The position numbers and the translations under genes are program-made. A stretch of DNA of 64,000 nucleotides from Auanema rhodensis (Eukaryota; Animalia; Nematoda): assembly GCA_964057225.1 (NCBI GenBank), contig OZ059900.1, positions 8,866,001 to 8,930,000 on the forward strand, written 5' to 3'. Shown piece after piece: positions 27,130 to 42,600 of this stretch. Each line of letters opens with the position of its first letter. Position 1 is the stretch's first letter. The notes beneath the pieces are model-generated. The model was not told where the DNA came from. It did no database searches and saw nothing but the letters and a program-made list of their open reading frames with translations.

Positions 27130-30100
27130 ATAAAAAGGCCCATATTTCAATCAGTTTTGATATTCGTGCAAAATACACCTATATAAACATTCTATGACAG
27201 TATTTCATAAATTTAGTCGTTTTAGAAGAAAAAAATATGCTTAAGATCAAAAGTTTGAGTGATTTTGCCAAAATGCCCTTCAAACCCCAAAAAACCAATA
27301 ATTCTTGATATTTTCGGTCCTTTTCGACCAAAGTGGTTAAAATTGAACATATATATGTTAAAATAGTCAAAGTTTATAAATCCTGAATTTCAAATCCATA
27401 TCTCAAAGGGTCTGATCAAAACATACAGTTTTCACATGTTTTGTACCCAGAATCGTTGAATATATGGCGTTTTGAGCATAAAAAGGCCCATATTTCAATC
27501 AGTTTTGATATTCGTGCAAAATACACCTATATGAACATTCTATGACATTATTTCATAAATTTAGTCGTTTTAGAAAAAAAAAATATGCTTAAGATCAAAA
27601 GTTTGACTGATTTTGCCAAAATGCCCTTCAAACCCCAAAAAACCAATAATTCTCGATATTTTCGGTCCTTTTTGACCAAAGTGGTTAAAATTGAACATAT
27701 ATATGTAAAAATAGTCAAAGTTTATAAATCCTGATTTTCAAATCCATATCTCAAAGGGTCTGATCAAAACATACAGTTTTCACATGTTTTGTACCTAGAA
27801 TCGTTGAATATATGGCGTTTTGAGCATAAAAAGGCCCATATTTCAATCAGTTTTGATATTCGTGCAAAATACACCTATATGAACATTCTATGACATTATT
27901 TCATACTATTAGTCGTTTTAGAAGAAAAAAATATGCTTAAGATCAAAAGTTTGAGTGATTTTGCCAAAATGCCCTTCAAACCCCAAAAAACCAATAATTC
28001 TTGATATTTTCGGTCCTTTTTGACCAAAGTGGTTAAAATTGAACATATATATGTTAAAATAGTCAAAGTTTATAAATCCTGATTTTCAAATCCATATCTC
28101 AAAGGGTCTGATCAAAACATACAGTTTTCACATGTTTTGTACCCAAAATCGTTGAATATATGGCGTTTTGAGCATAAAAAGGCCCATATTTCAATCAGTT
28201 TTGATATTCGTGCAAAATACACCTATATGAACATTCTATGACAGTATTTCATACATTTAGTCGTTTTAGAAGAAAAAAATATGCTTAAGACCAAAAGTTT
28301 GAGTGATTTTGCCAAAATGCCCTTCAAACCCCAAAAAACCAATAATTCTTGATATTTTCGGTCCTTTTTGACCAAAGTGGTTAAAATTGAACATATATAT
28401 GTTAAAATAGTCAAAGTTTATAAATCCTGAATTTCAAATCCATATCTCAAAGGGTCTGATCAAAACATACAGTTTTCACATGTTTTGTACCCAGAATCGT
28501 TGAATATATGGCGTTTTGAGCATAAAAAGGCCCATATTTCAATCAGTTTTGATATTCGTGCAAAATACACCTATATGAACATTCTATGACATTATTTCAT
28601 ATATTTAGTCGTTTTAGAAAAAAAAATATGCTTAAGATCAAAAGTTTGACTGATTTTGCCAAAATGCCCTTCAAACCCCAAAAAACCAATAATTCTCGAT
28701 ATTTTCGGTCCTTTTTGACCAAAGTGGTTAAAATTGAACATATATATGTAAAAATAGTCAAAGTTTATAAATCCTGATTTTCAAATCCATATCTCAAAGG
28801 GTCTGATCAAAACATACAGTTTTCACATGTTTTGTACCCAGAATCGTTGAATATATGGCGTTTTGAGCATAAAAAGGCCCATATTTCAATCAGTTTTGAT
28901 ATTCGTGCAAAATACACCTATATAAACATTCTATGACAGTATTTCATAAATTTAGTCGTTTTAGAAGAAAAAAATATGCTTAAGATCAAAAGTTTGAGTG
29001 ATTTTGCCAAAATGCCCTTCAAACCCCAAAAAACCAATAATTCTTGATATTTTCGGTCCTTTTCGACCAAAGTGGTTAAAATTGAACATATATATGTTAA
29101 AATAGTCAAAGTTTATAAATCCTGAATTTCAAATCCATATCTCAAAGGGTCTGATCAAAACATACAGTTTTCACATGTTTTGTACCCAGAATCGTTGAAT
29201 ATATGGCGTTTTGAGCATAAAAAGGCCCATATTTCAATCAGTTTTGATATTCGTGCAAAATACACCTATATGAACATTCTATGACATTATTTCATAAATT
29301 TAGTCGTTTTAGAAAAAAAAAATATGCTTAAGATCAAAAGTTTGACTGATTTTGCCAAAATGCCCTTCAAACCCCAAAAAACCAATAATTCTCGATATTT
29401 TCGGTCCTTTTTGACCAAAGTGGTTAAAATTGAACATATATATGTAAAAATAGTCAAAGTTTATAAATCCTGATTTTCAAATCCATATCTCAAAGGGTCT
29501 GATCAAAACATACAGTTTTCACATGTTTTGTACCTAGAATCGTTGAATATATGGCGTTTTGAGCATAAAAAGGCCCATATTTCAATCAGTTTTGATATTC
29601 GTGCAAAATACACCTATATGAACATTCTATGACATTATTTCATACTATTAGTCGTTTTAGAAGAAAAAAATATGCTTAAGATCAAAAGTTTGAGTGATTT
29701 TGCCAAAATGCCCTTCAAACCCCAAAAAACCAATAATTCTTGATATTTTCGGTCCTTTTTGACCAAAGTGGTTAAAATTGAACATATATTTGTTAAAATA
29801 GTCAAAGTTTATAAATCCTGATTTTCAAATCCATATCTCAAAGGGTCTGATCAAAACATACAGTTTTCACATGTTTTGTACCCAAAATCGTTGAATATAT
29901 GGCGTTTTGAGCATAAAAAGGCCCATATTTCAATCAGTTTTGATATTCGTGCAAAATACACCTATATGAACATTCTTTGACAGTATTTCATACATTTAGT
30001 CGTTTTAGAAGAAAAAAATATGCTTAAGATCAAAAGTTTGAGTGATTTTGCCAAAATGCCCTTCAAACCCCAAAAAACCAATAATTCTTGATATTTTCGG

Positions 30101-30600
30101 TCCTTTTTGACCAAAGTGGTTAAAATTGAACATATATATGTTAAAATAGTCAAAGTTTATAAATCCTGAATTTCAAATCCATATCTCAAAGGGTCTGATC
30201 AAAACATACAGTTTTCACATGTTTTGTACCCAGAATCGTTGAATATATGGCGTTTTGAGCATAAAAAGGCCCATATTTCAATCAGTTTTGATATTCGTGC
30301 AAAATACACCTATATGAACATTCTATGACATTATTTCATATATTTAGTCGTTTTAGAAAAAAAAATATGCTTAAGATCAAAAGTTTGACTGATTTTGCCA
30401 AAATGCCCTTCAAACCCCAAAAAACCAATAATTCTCGATATTTTCGGTCCTTTTTGACCAAAGTGGTTAAAATTGAACATATATATGTAAAAATAGTCAA
30501 AGTTTATAAATCCTGATTTTCAAATCCATATCTCAAAGGGTCTGATCAAAACATACAGTTTTCACATGTTTTGTACCCAGAATCGTTGAATATATGGCGT
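27130..30600 (-). repeat. Local 5-monomer higher-order repeat (1739 bp) x2; bounds approximate
   Basis: ORF pairs 27179/28918, 28223/29962 and 28586/30325. Confidence 0.85.
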
Positions 30601-33600
30601 TTTGAGCATAAAGAGGCCCATATTTCAATCAGTTTTGATATTCGTGCAAAATACACCTATATGAACATTCTATGACATTATTTCATACTATTAGTCGTTT
30701 TAGAAAAAAAAATATGCTTAAGATCAAAAGTTTGACTGATTTTGCCAAAATGCCCTTCAAACCTCAAAAAACCAATAATTCTTGATATTTTCGGTCCTTT
30801 TTGACCAAAGTAGTTAAAATTGAACATATAGATGTGAAAATAGTCAAAGTTTATGAATCCTAAATTTCAGATCCATATCTCAAAGGGTCTGATCAAAACA
30901 TACAGTTTTCACATGTTTTGTACCCAAAATCGTTGAATATATGGCGTTTTGAGCATAAAAAGGCCCATATTTCAATCAGTTTTGATATTCGTGCAAAATA
31001 CACCTATATGAACATTCTATGACAGTATTTCATAAATTTAGTCGTTTTAGAAGAAAAAAATATGCTTAAGATCAAAAGTTTGAGTGATTTTGCCAAAATG
31101 CCCTTCAAACCCCAAAAAACCAATAATTCTTGATATTTTCGGTCCTTTTTGACCAAAGTGGTTAAAATTGAACATATATATGTTAAAATAGTCAAAGTTT
31201 ATAAATCCTGAATTTCAAATCCATATCTCAAAGGGTCTGATCAAAACATACAGTTTTCACATGTTTTGTACCCAGAATCGTTGAATATATGGCGTTTTGA
31301 GCATAAAAAGGCCCATATTTCAATCAGTTTTGATATTCGTGCAAAATACACCTATATGAACATTCTATGACATTATTTCATATATTTAGTCGTTTTAGAA
31401 AAAAAAATATGCTTAAGATCAAAAGTTTGACTGATTTTGCCAAAATGCCCTTCAAACCCCAAAAAACCAATAATTCTTGATATTTTCGGTCCTTTTTGAC
31501 CAAAGTGGTTAAAATTGAACATATATATGTAAAAATAGTCAAAGTTTATAAATCCTGATTTTCAAATCCATATCTCAAAGGGTCTGATCAAAACATACAG
31601 TTTTCACATGTTTTGTACCTAGAATCGTTGAATATATGGCGTTTTGAGCATAAAAAGGCCCATATTTCAATCAGTTTTGATATTCGTGCAAAATACACCT
31701 ATATGAACATTCTATGACATTATTTCATACTATTAGTCGTTTTAGAAGAAAAAAATATGCTTAAGATCAAAAGTTTGAGTGATTTTGCCAAAATGCCCTT
31801 CAAACCCCAAAAAACCAATAATTCTTGATATTTTCGGTCCTTTTTGACCAAAGTGGTTAAAATTGAACATATATATGTTAAAATAGTCAAAGTTTATAAA
31901 TCCTGATTTTCAAATCCATATCTCAAAGGGTCTGATCAAAACATACAGTTTTCACATGTTTTGTACCCAAAATCGTTGAATATATGGCGTTTTGAGCATA
32001 AAAAGGCCCATATTTCAATCAGTTTTGATATTCGTGCAAAATACACCTATATGAACATTCTATGACAGTATTTCATACATTTAGTCGTTTTAGAAGAAAA
32101 AAATATGCTTAAGATCAAAAGTTTGAGTGATTTTGCCAAAATGCCCTTCAAACCCCAAAAAACCAATAATTCTTGATATTTTCGGTCCTTTTTGACCAAA
32201 GTGGTTAAAATTGAACATATATATGTTAAAATAGTCAAAGTTTATAAATCCTGAATTTCAAATCCATATCTCGAAGGGTCTCATCAAAACATACAGTTTT
32301 CACATGTTTTGTACCCAGAATCGTTGAATATATGGCGTTTTGAGCATAAAAAGGCCCATATTTCAATCAGTTTTGATATTCGTGCAAAATACACCTATAT
32401 GAACATTCTATGACATTATTTCATATATTTAGTCGTTTTAGAAAAAAAAATATGCTTAAGATCAAAAGTTTGACTGATTTTGCCAAAATGCCCTTCAAAC
32501 CCCAAAAAACCAATAATTCTCGATATTTTCGGTCCTTTTTGACCAAAGTGGTTAAAATTGAACATATATATGTAAAAATAGTCAAAGTTTATAAATCCTG
32601 ATTTTCAAATCCATATCTCAAAGGGTCTGATCAAAACATACAGTTTTCACATGTTTTGTACCCAGAATCGTTGAATATATGGCGTTTTGAGCATAAAAAG
32701 GCCCATATTTCAATCAGTTTTGATATTCGTGCAAAATACACCTATATGAACATTCTATGACATTATTTCATACTATTAGTCGTTTTAGAAGAAAAAAATA
32801 TGCTTAAGATCAAAAGTTTGAGTGATTTTGCCAAAATGCCCTTCAAACCCCAAAAAACCAATAATTCTTGATATTTTCGGTCCTTTTTGACCAAAGTGGT
32901 TAAAATTGAACATATATATGTTAAAATAGTCAAAGTTTATAAATCCTGATTTTCAAATCCATATCTCAAAGGGTCTGATCAAAACATACAGTTTTCACAT
33001 GTTTTGTACCCAAAATCGTTGAATATATGGCGTTTTGAGCATAAAAAGGCCCATATTTCAATCAGTTTTGATATTCGTGCAAAATACACCTATATGAACA
33101 TTCTATGACAGTATTTCATACATTTAGTCGTTTTAGAAGAAAAAAATATGCTTAAGATCAAAAGTTTGAGTGATTTTGCCAAAATGCCCTTCAAACCCCA
33201 AAAAACCAATAATTCTTGATATTTTCGGTCCTTTTTGACCAAAGTGGTTAAAATTGAACATATATATGTTAAAATAGTCAAAGTTTATAAATCCTGAATT
33301 TCAAATCCATATCTCAAAGGGTCTGATCAAAACATACAGTTTTCACATGTTTTGTACCCAGAATCGTTGAATATATGGCGTTTTGAGCATAAAAAGGCCC
33401 ATATTTCAATCAGTTTTGATATTCGTGCAAAATACACCTATATGAACATTCTATGACATTATTTCATAAATTTAGTCGTTTTAGAAAAAAAAAATATGCT
33501 TAAGATCAAAAGTTTGACTGATTTTGCCAAAATGCCCTTCAAACCCCAAAAAACCAATAATTCTCGATATTTTCGGTCCTTTTTGACCAAAGTGGTTAAA

Positions 33601-36600
33601 ATTGAACATATATATGTAAAAATAGTCAAAGTTTATAAATCCTGATTTTCAAATCCATATCTCAAAGGGTCTGATCAAAACATACAGTTTTCACATGTTT
33701 TGTACCTAGAATCGTTGAATATATGGCGTTTTGAGCATAAAAAGGCCCATATTTCAATCAGTTTTGATATTCGTGCAAAATACACCTATATGAACATTCT
33801 ATGACATTATTTCATACTATTAGTCGTTTTAGAAGAAAAAAATATGCTTAAGATCAAAAGTTTGAGTGATTTTGCCAAAATGCCCTTCAAACCCCAAAAA
33901 ACCAATAATTCTTGATATTTTCGGTCCTTTTTGACCAAAGTGGTTAAAATTGAACATATATATGTTAAAATAGTCAAAGTTTATAAATCCTGATTTTCAA
34001 ATCCATATCTCAAAGGGTCTGATCAAAACATACAGTTTTCACATGTTTTGTACCCAAAATCGTTGAATATATGGCGTTTTGAGCATAAAAAGGCCCATAT
34101 TTCAATCAGTTTTGATATTCGTGCAAAATACACCTATATGAACATTCTATGACAGTATTTCATACATTTAGTCGTTTTAGAAGAAAAAAATATGCTTAAG
34201 ATCAAAAGTTTGAGTGATTTTGCCAAAATGCCCTTCAAACCCCAAAAAACCAATAATTCTTGATATTTTCGGTCCTTTTTGACCAAAGTGGTTAAAATTG
34301 AACATATATATGTTAAAATAGTCAAAGTTTATAAATCCTGAATTTCAAATCCATATCTCAAAGGGTCTGATCAAAACATACAGTTTTCACATGTTTTGTA
34401 CCCAGAATCGTTGAATATATGGCGTTTTGAGCATAAAAAGGCCCATATTTCAATCAGTTTTGATATTCGTGCAAAATACACCTATATGAACATTCTATGA
34501 CATTATTTCATATATTTAGTCGTTTTAGAAAAAAAAATATGCTTAAGATCAAAAGTTTGACTGATTTTGCCAAAATGCCCTTCAAACCCCAAAAAACCAA
34601 TAATTCTCGATATTTTCGGTCCTTTTTGACCAAAGTGGTTAAAATTGAACATATATATGTAAAAATAGTCAAAGTTTATAAATCCTGATTTTCAAATCCA
34701 TATCTCAAAGGGTCTGATCAAAACATACAGTTTTCACATGTTTTGTACCCAGAATCGTTGAATATATGGCGTTTTGAGCATAAAGAGGCCCATATTTCAA
34801 TCAGTTTTGATATTCGTGCAAAATACACCTATATGAACATTCTATGACATTATTTCATACTATTAGTCGTTTTAGAAAAAAAAAATATGCTTAAGATCAA
34901 AAGTTTGACTGATTTTGCCAAAATGCCCTTCAAACCTCAAAAAACCAATAATTCTTGATATTTTCGGTCCTTTTTGACCAAAGTAGTTAAAATTGAACAT
35001 ATAGATGTGAAAATAGTCAAAGTTTATGAATCCTAAATTTCAGATCCATATCTCAAAGGGTCTGATCAAAACATACAGTTTTCACATGTTTTGTACCCAA
35101 AATCGTTGAATATATGGCGTTTTGAGCATAAAAAGGCCCATATTTCAATCAGTTTTGATATTCGTGCAAAATACACCTATATGAACATTCTATGACAGTA
35201 TTTCATAAATTTAGTCGTTTTAGAAGAAAAAAATATGCTTAAGATCAAAAGTTTGAGTGATTTTGCCAAAATGCCCTTCAAACCCCAAAAAACCAATAAT
35301 TCTTGATATTTTCGGTCCTTTTTGACCAAAGTGGTTAAAATTGAACATATATATGTTAAAATAGTCAAAGTTTATAAATCCTGAATTTCAAATCCATATC
35401 TCAAAGGGTCTGATCAAAACATACAGTTTTCACATGTTTTGTACCCAGAATCGTTGAATATATGGCGTTTTGAGCATAAAAAGGCCCATATTTCAATCAG
35501 TTTTGATATTCGTGCAAAATACACCTATATGAACATTCTATGACATTATTTCATATATTTAGTCGTTTTAGAAAAAAAAATATGCTTAAGATCAAAAGTT
35601 TGACTGATTTTGCCAAAATGCCCTTCAAACCCCAAAAAACCAATAATTCTTGATATTTTCGGTCCTTTTTGACCAAAGTGGTTAAAATTGAACATATATA
35701 TGTAAAAATAGTCAAAGTTTATAAATCCTGATTTTCAAATCCATATCTCAAAGGGTCTGATCAAAACATACAGTTTTCACATGTTTTGTACCTAGAATCG
35801 TTGAATATATGGCGTTTTGAGCATAAAAAGGCCCATATTTCAATCAGTTTTGATATTCGTGCAAAATACACCTATATGAACATTCTATGACATTATTTCA
35901 TACTATTAGTCGTTTTAGAAGAAAAAAATATGCTTAAGATCAAAAGTTTGAGTGATTTTGCCAAAATGCCCTTCAAACCCCAAAAAACCAATAATTCTTG
36001 ATATTTTCGGTCCTTTTTGACCAAAGTGGTTAAAATTGAACATATATATGTTAAAATAGTCAAAGTTTATAAATCCTGATTTTCAAATCCATATCTCAAA
36101 GGGTCTGATCAAAACATACAGTTTTCACATGTTTTGTACCCAAAATCGTTGAATATATGGCGTTTTGAGCATAAAAAGGCCCATATTTCAATCAGTTTTG
36201 ATATTCGTGCAAAATACACCTATATGAACATTCTATGACAGTATTTCATACATTTAGTCGTTTTAGAAGAAAAAAATATGCTTAAGATCAAAAGTTTGAG
36301 TGATTTTGCCAAAATGCCCTTCAAACCCCAAAAAACCAATAATTCTTGATATTTTCGGTCCTTTTTGACCAAAGTGGTTAAAATTGAACATATATATGTT
36401 AAAATAGTCAAAGTTTATAAATCCTGAATTTCAAATCCATATCTCGAAGGGTCTGATCAAAACATACAGTTTTCACATGTTTTGTACCCAGAATCGTTGA
36501 ATATATGGCGTTTTGAGCATAAAAAGGCCCATATTTCAATCAGTTTTGATATTCGTGCAAAATACACCTATATGAACATTCTATGACATTATTTCATATA

Positions 36601-39600
36601 TTTAGTCGTTTTAGAAAAAAAAATATGCTTAAGATCAAAAGTTTGACTGATTTTGCCAAAATGCCCTTCAAACCCCAAAAAACCAATAATTCTCGATATT
36701 TTCGGTCCTTTTTGACCAAAGTGGTTAAAATTGAACATATATATGTAAAAATAGTCAAAGTTTATAAATCCTGATTTTCAAATCCATATCTCAAAGGGTC
36801 TGATCAAAACATACAGTTTTCACATGTTTTGTACCCAGAATCGTTGAATATATGGCGTTTTGAGCATAAAAAGGCCCATATTTCAATCAGTTTTGATATT
36901 CGTGCAAAATACACCTATATAAACATTCTATGACAGTATTTCATAAATTTAGTCGTTTTAGAAAAAAAAAATATGCTTAAGATCAAAAGTTTGAGTGATT
37001 TTGCCAAAATGCCCTTCAAACCCCAAAAAACCAATAATTCTTGATATTTTCGGTCCTTTTCGACCAAAGTGGTTAAAATTGAACATATATATGTTAAAAT
37101 AGTCAAAGTTTATAAATCCTGAATTTCAAATCCATATCTCAAAGGGTCTGATCAAAACATACAGTTTTCACATGTTTTGTACCCAGAATCGTTGAATATA
37201 TGGCGTTTTGAGCATAAAAAGGCCCATATTTCAATCAGTTTTGATATTCGTGCAAAATACACCTATATGAACATTCTATGACATTATTTCATAAATTTAG
37301 TCGTTTTAGAAAAAAAAAATATGCTTAAGATCAAAAGTTTGACTGATTTTGCCAAAATGCCCTTCAAACCCCAAAAAACCAATAATTCTCGATATTTTCG
37401 GTCCTTTTTGACCAAAGTGGTTAAAATTGAACATATATATGTAAAAATAGTCAAAGTTTATAAATCCTGATTTTCAAATCCATATCTCAAAGGGTCTGAT
37501 CAAAACATACAGTTTTCACATGTTTTGTACCTAGAATCGTTGAATATATGGCGTTTTGAGCATAAAAAGGCCCATATTTCAATCAGTTTTGATATTCGTG
37601 CAAAATACACCTATATGAACATTCTATGACATTATTTCATACTATTAGTCGTTTTAGAAGAAAAAAATATGCTTAAGATCAAAAGTTTGAGTGATTTTGC
37701 CAAAATGCCCTTCAAACCCCAAAAAACCAATAATTCTTGATATTTTCGGTCCTTTTTGACCAAAGTGGTTAAAATTGAACATATATATGTTAAAATAGTC
37801 AAAGTTTATAAATCCTGATTTTCAAATCCATATCTCAAAGGGTCTGATCAAAACATACAGTTTTCACATGTTTTGTACCCAAAATCGTTGAATATATGGC
37901 GTTTTGAGCATAAAGAGGCCCATATTTCAATCAGTTTTGATATTCGTGCAAATTACACCTATATAAACATTCTATGACAGTATTTCATAAATTTAGTCGT
38001 TTTAGAAGAAAAAAATATGCTTAAGATCAAAAGTTTGAGTGATTTTGCCAAAATGCCCTTCAAACCCCAAAAAACCAATAATTCTTGATATTTTCGGTCC
38101 TTTTTGACCAAAGTGGTTAAAATTGAACATATATATGTTGAAATAGTCAAAGTTTATAAATCCTGAATTTCAAATCCATATCTCAAAGGGTCTGATCAAA
38201 ACATACAGTTTTCATATGTTTTGTACCCAAAATCGTTGAATATATGGCGTTTTGAGCATAAAAAGGCCCATATTTCAATCAGTTTTGATAGTCGTGCAAA
38301 ATACACCTATATGAACATTCTATGACAGTATTTCATACATTTAGTCGTTTTAGAAGAAAAAAATATGCTTAAGATCAAAAGTTTGACTGATTTTGCCAAA
38401 ATGCCCTTCAAACCTCAAAAAACCAATAATTCTTGATATTTTCGGTCCTTTTTGACCAAAATAGTTAAAATTGAACATATAGATGTGAAAATAGTCAAAG
38501 TTTATGAAACCTAAATTTCAGATCCATATCTCAAAGGGTCTGATCAAAACATACAGTTTTCACATGTTTTGTACCCAAAATCGTTGAATATATGGCGTTT
38601 TGAGCATAAAAAGGCCCATATTTCAATCAGTTTTGATATTCGTGCAAAATGCACCTATATGAACATTCTATGACAGTATTTCATAAATTTAGTCGTTTTA
38701 GAAGAAAAAAATATGCTTAAGATCAAAAGTTTGAGTGATTTTGCCAAAATGCCCTTCAAACCCCAAAAAACCAATAATTCTTGATATTTTCGGTCCTTTT
38801 TGACCAAAGTGGTTAAAATTGAACATATATATGTTAAAATAGTCAAAGTTTATAAATCCTGAATTTCAAATCCATATCTCAAAGGGTCTGATCAAAACAT
38901 ACAGTTTTCACATGTTTTGTACCCAGAATCGTTGAATATATGGCGTTTTGAGCATAAAAAGGCCCATATTTCAATCAGTTTTGATATTCGTGCAAAATAC
39001 ACCTATATGAACATTCTATGACATTATTTCATATATTTAGTCGTTTTAGAAAAAAAAATATGCTTAAGATCAAAAGTTTGACTGATTTTGCCAAAATGCC
39101 CTTCAAACCCCAAAAAACCAATAATTCTCGATATTTTCGGTCCTTTTTGACCAAAGTGGTTAAAATTGAACATATATATGTAAAAATAGTCAAAGTTTAT
39201 AAATCCTGATTTTCAAATCCATATCTCAAAGGGTCTGATCAAAACATACAGTTTTCACATGTTTTGTACCCAGAATCGTTGAATATATGGCGTTTTGAGC
39301 ATAAAGAGGCCCATATTTCAATCAGTTTTGATATTCGTGCAAAATACACCTATATGAACATTCTATGACATTATTTCATACTATTAGTCGTTTTAGAAAA
39401 AAAAAATATGCTTAAGATCAAAAGTTTGACTGATTTTGCCAAAATGCCCTTCAAACCTCAAAAAACCAATAATTCTTGATATTTTCGGTCCTTTTTGACC
39501 AAAGTAGTTAAAATTGAACATATAGATGTGAAAATAGTCAAAGTTTATGAATCCTAAATTTCAGATCCATATCTCAAAGGGTCTGATCAAAACATACAGT

Positions 39601-42600
39601 TTTCACATGTTTTGTACCCAAAATCGTTGAATATATGGCGTTTTGAGCATAAAAAGGCCCATATTTCAATCAGTTTTGATATTCGTGCAAAATACACCTA
39701 TATGAACATTCTATGACAGTATTTCATAAATTTAGTCGTTTTAGAAAAAAAAATATGCTTAAGATCAAAAGTTTGACTGATTTTGCCAAAATGCCCTTCA
39801 AACCCCAAAAAACCAATAATTCTTGATATTTTCGGTCCTTTTTGACCAAAGTGGTTAAAATTGAACATATATATGTAAAAATAGTCAAAGTTTATAAATC
39901 CTGATTTTCAAATCCATATCTCAAAGGGTCTGATCAAAACATACAGTTTTCACATGTTTTGTACCTAGAATCGTTGAATATATGGCGTTTTGAGCATAAA
40001 AAGGCCCATATTTCAATCAGTTTTGATATTCGTGCAAAATACACCTATATGAACATTCTATGACATTATTTCATACTATTAGTCGTTTTAGAAGAAAAAA
40101 ATATGCTTAAGATCAAAAGTTTGAGTGATTTTGCCAAAATGCCCTTCAAACCCCAAAAAACCAATAATTCTTGATATTTTCGGTCCTTTTTGACCAAAGT
40201 GGTTAAAATTGAACATATATATGTTAAAATAGTCAAAGTTTATAAATCCTGATTTTCAAATCCATATCTCAAAGGGTCTGATCAAAACATACAGTTTTCA
40301 CATGTTTTGTACCCAAAATCGTTGAATATATGGCGTTTTGAGCATAAAAAGGCCCATATTTCAATCAGTTTTGATATTCGTGCAAAATACACCTATATGA
40401 ACATTCTATGACAGTATCTCATACATTTAGTCGTTTTAGAAGAAAAAAATATGCTTAAGATCAAAAGTTTGAGTGATTTTGCCAAAATGCCCTTCAAACC
40501 CCAAAAAACCAATAATTCTTGATATTTTCGGTCCTTTTTGACCAAAGTAGTTAAAATTGAACATATAGATGTGAAAATAGTCAAAGTTTATGAATCCTAA
40601 ATTTCAGATCCATATCTCAAAGGGTCTGATCAAAACATACAGTTTTCACATGTTTTGTACCCAAAATCGTTGAATATATGGCGTTTTGAGCATAAAAAGG
40701 CCCATATTTCAATCAGTTTTGATATTCGTGCAAAATACACCTATATGAACATTCTATGACAGTATTTCATAAATTTAGTCGTTTTAGAAAAAAAAATATG
40801 CTTAAGATCAAAAGTTTGACTGATTTTGCCAAAATGCCCTTCAAACCCCAAAAAACCAATAATTCTTGATATTTTCGGTCCTTTTTGACCAAAGTGGTTA
40901 AAATTGAACATATATATGTAAAAATAGTCAAAGTTTATAAATCCTGATTTTCAAATCCATATCTCAAAGGGTCTGATCAAAACATACAGTTTTCACATGT
41001 TTTGTACCTAGAATCGTTGAATATATGGCGTTTTGAGCATAAAAAGGCCCATATTTCAATCAGTTTTGATATTCGTGCAAAATACACCTATATGAACATT
41101 CTATGACATTATTTCATACTATTAGTCGTTTTAGAAGAAAAAAATATGCTTAAGATCAAAAGTTTGAGTGATTTTGCCAAAATGCCCTTCAAACCCCAAA
41201 AAACCAATAATTCTTGATATTTTCGGTCCTTTTTGACCAAAGTGGTTAAAATTGAACATATATATGTTAAAATAGTCAAAGTTTATAAATCCTGATTTTC
41301 AAATCCATATCTCAAAGGGTCTGATCAAAACATACAGTTTTCACATGTTTTGTACCCAAAATCGTTGAATATATGGCGTTTTGAGCATAAAAAGGCCCAT
41401 ATTTCAATCAGTTTTGATATTCGTGCAAAATACACCTATATGAACATTCTATGACAGTATCTCATACATTTAGTCGTTTTAGAAGAAAAAAATATGCTTA
41501 AGATCAAAAGTTTGAGTGATTTTGCCAAAATGCCCTTCAAACCCCAAAAAACCAATAATTCTTGATATTTTCGGTCCTTTTTGACCAAAGTGGTTAAAAT
41601 TGAACATATATATGTTAAAATAGTCAAAGTTTATAAATCCTGAATTTCAAATCCATATCTCGAAGGGTCTGATCAAAACATACAGTTTTCACATGTTTTG
41701 TACCCAGAATCGTTGAATATATGGCGTTTTGAGCATAAAAAGGCCCATATTTCAATCAGTTTTGATATTCGTGCAAAATACACCTATATGAACATTCTAT
41801 GACATTATTTCATATATTTAGTCGTTTTAGAAAAAAAAATATGCTTAAGATCAAAAGTTTGACTGATTTTGCCAAAATGCCCTTCAAACCCCAAAAAACC
41901 AATAATTCTCGATATTTTCGGTCCTTTTTGACCAAAGTGGTTAAAATTGAACATATATATGTAAAAATAGTCAAAGTTTATAAATCCTGATTTTCAAATC
42001 CATATCTCAAAGGGTCTGATCAAAACATACAGTTTTCACATGTTTTGTACCCAGAATCGTTGAATATATGGCGTTTTGAGCATAAAAAGGCCCATATTTC
42101 AATCAGTTTTGATATTCGTGCAAAATACACCTATATAAACATTCTATGACAGTATTTCATAAATTTAGTCGTTTTAGAAGAAAAAAATATGCTTAAGATC
42201 AAAAGTTTGAGTGATTTTGCCAAAATGCCCTTCAAACCCCAAAAAACCAATAATTCTTGATATTTTCGGTCCTTTTCGACCAAAGTGGTTAAAATTGAAC
42301 ATATATATGTTAAAATAGTCAAAGTTTATAAATCCTGAATTTCAAATCCATATCTCAAAGGGTCTGATCAAAACATACAGTTTTCACATGTTTTGTACCC
42401 AGAATCGTTGAATATATGGCGTTTTGAGCATAAAAAGGCCCATATTTCAATCAGTTTTGATATTCGTGCAAAATACACCTATATGAACATTCTATGACAT
42501 TATTTCATAAATTTAGTCGTTTTAGAAAAAAAAAATATGCTTAAGATCAAAAGTTTGACTGATTTTGCCAAAATGCCCTTCAAACCCCAAAAAACCAATA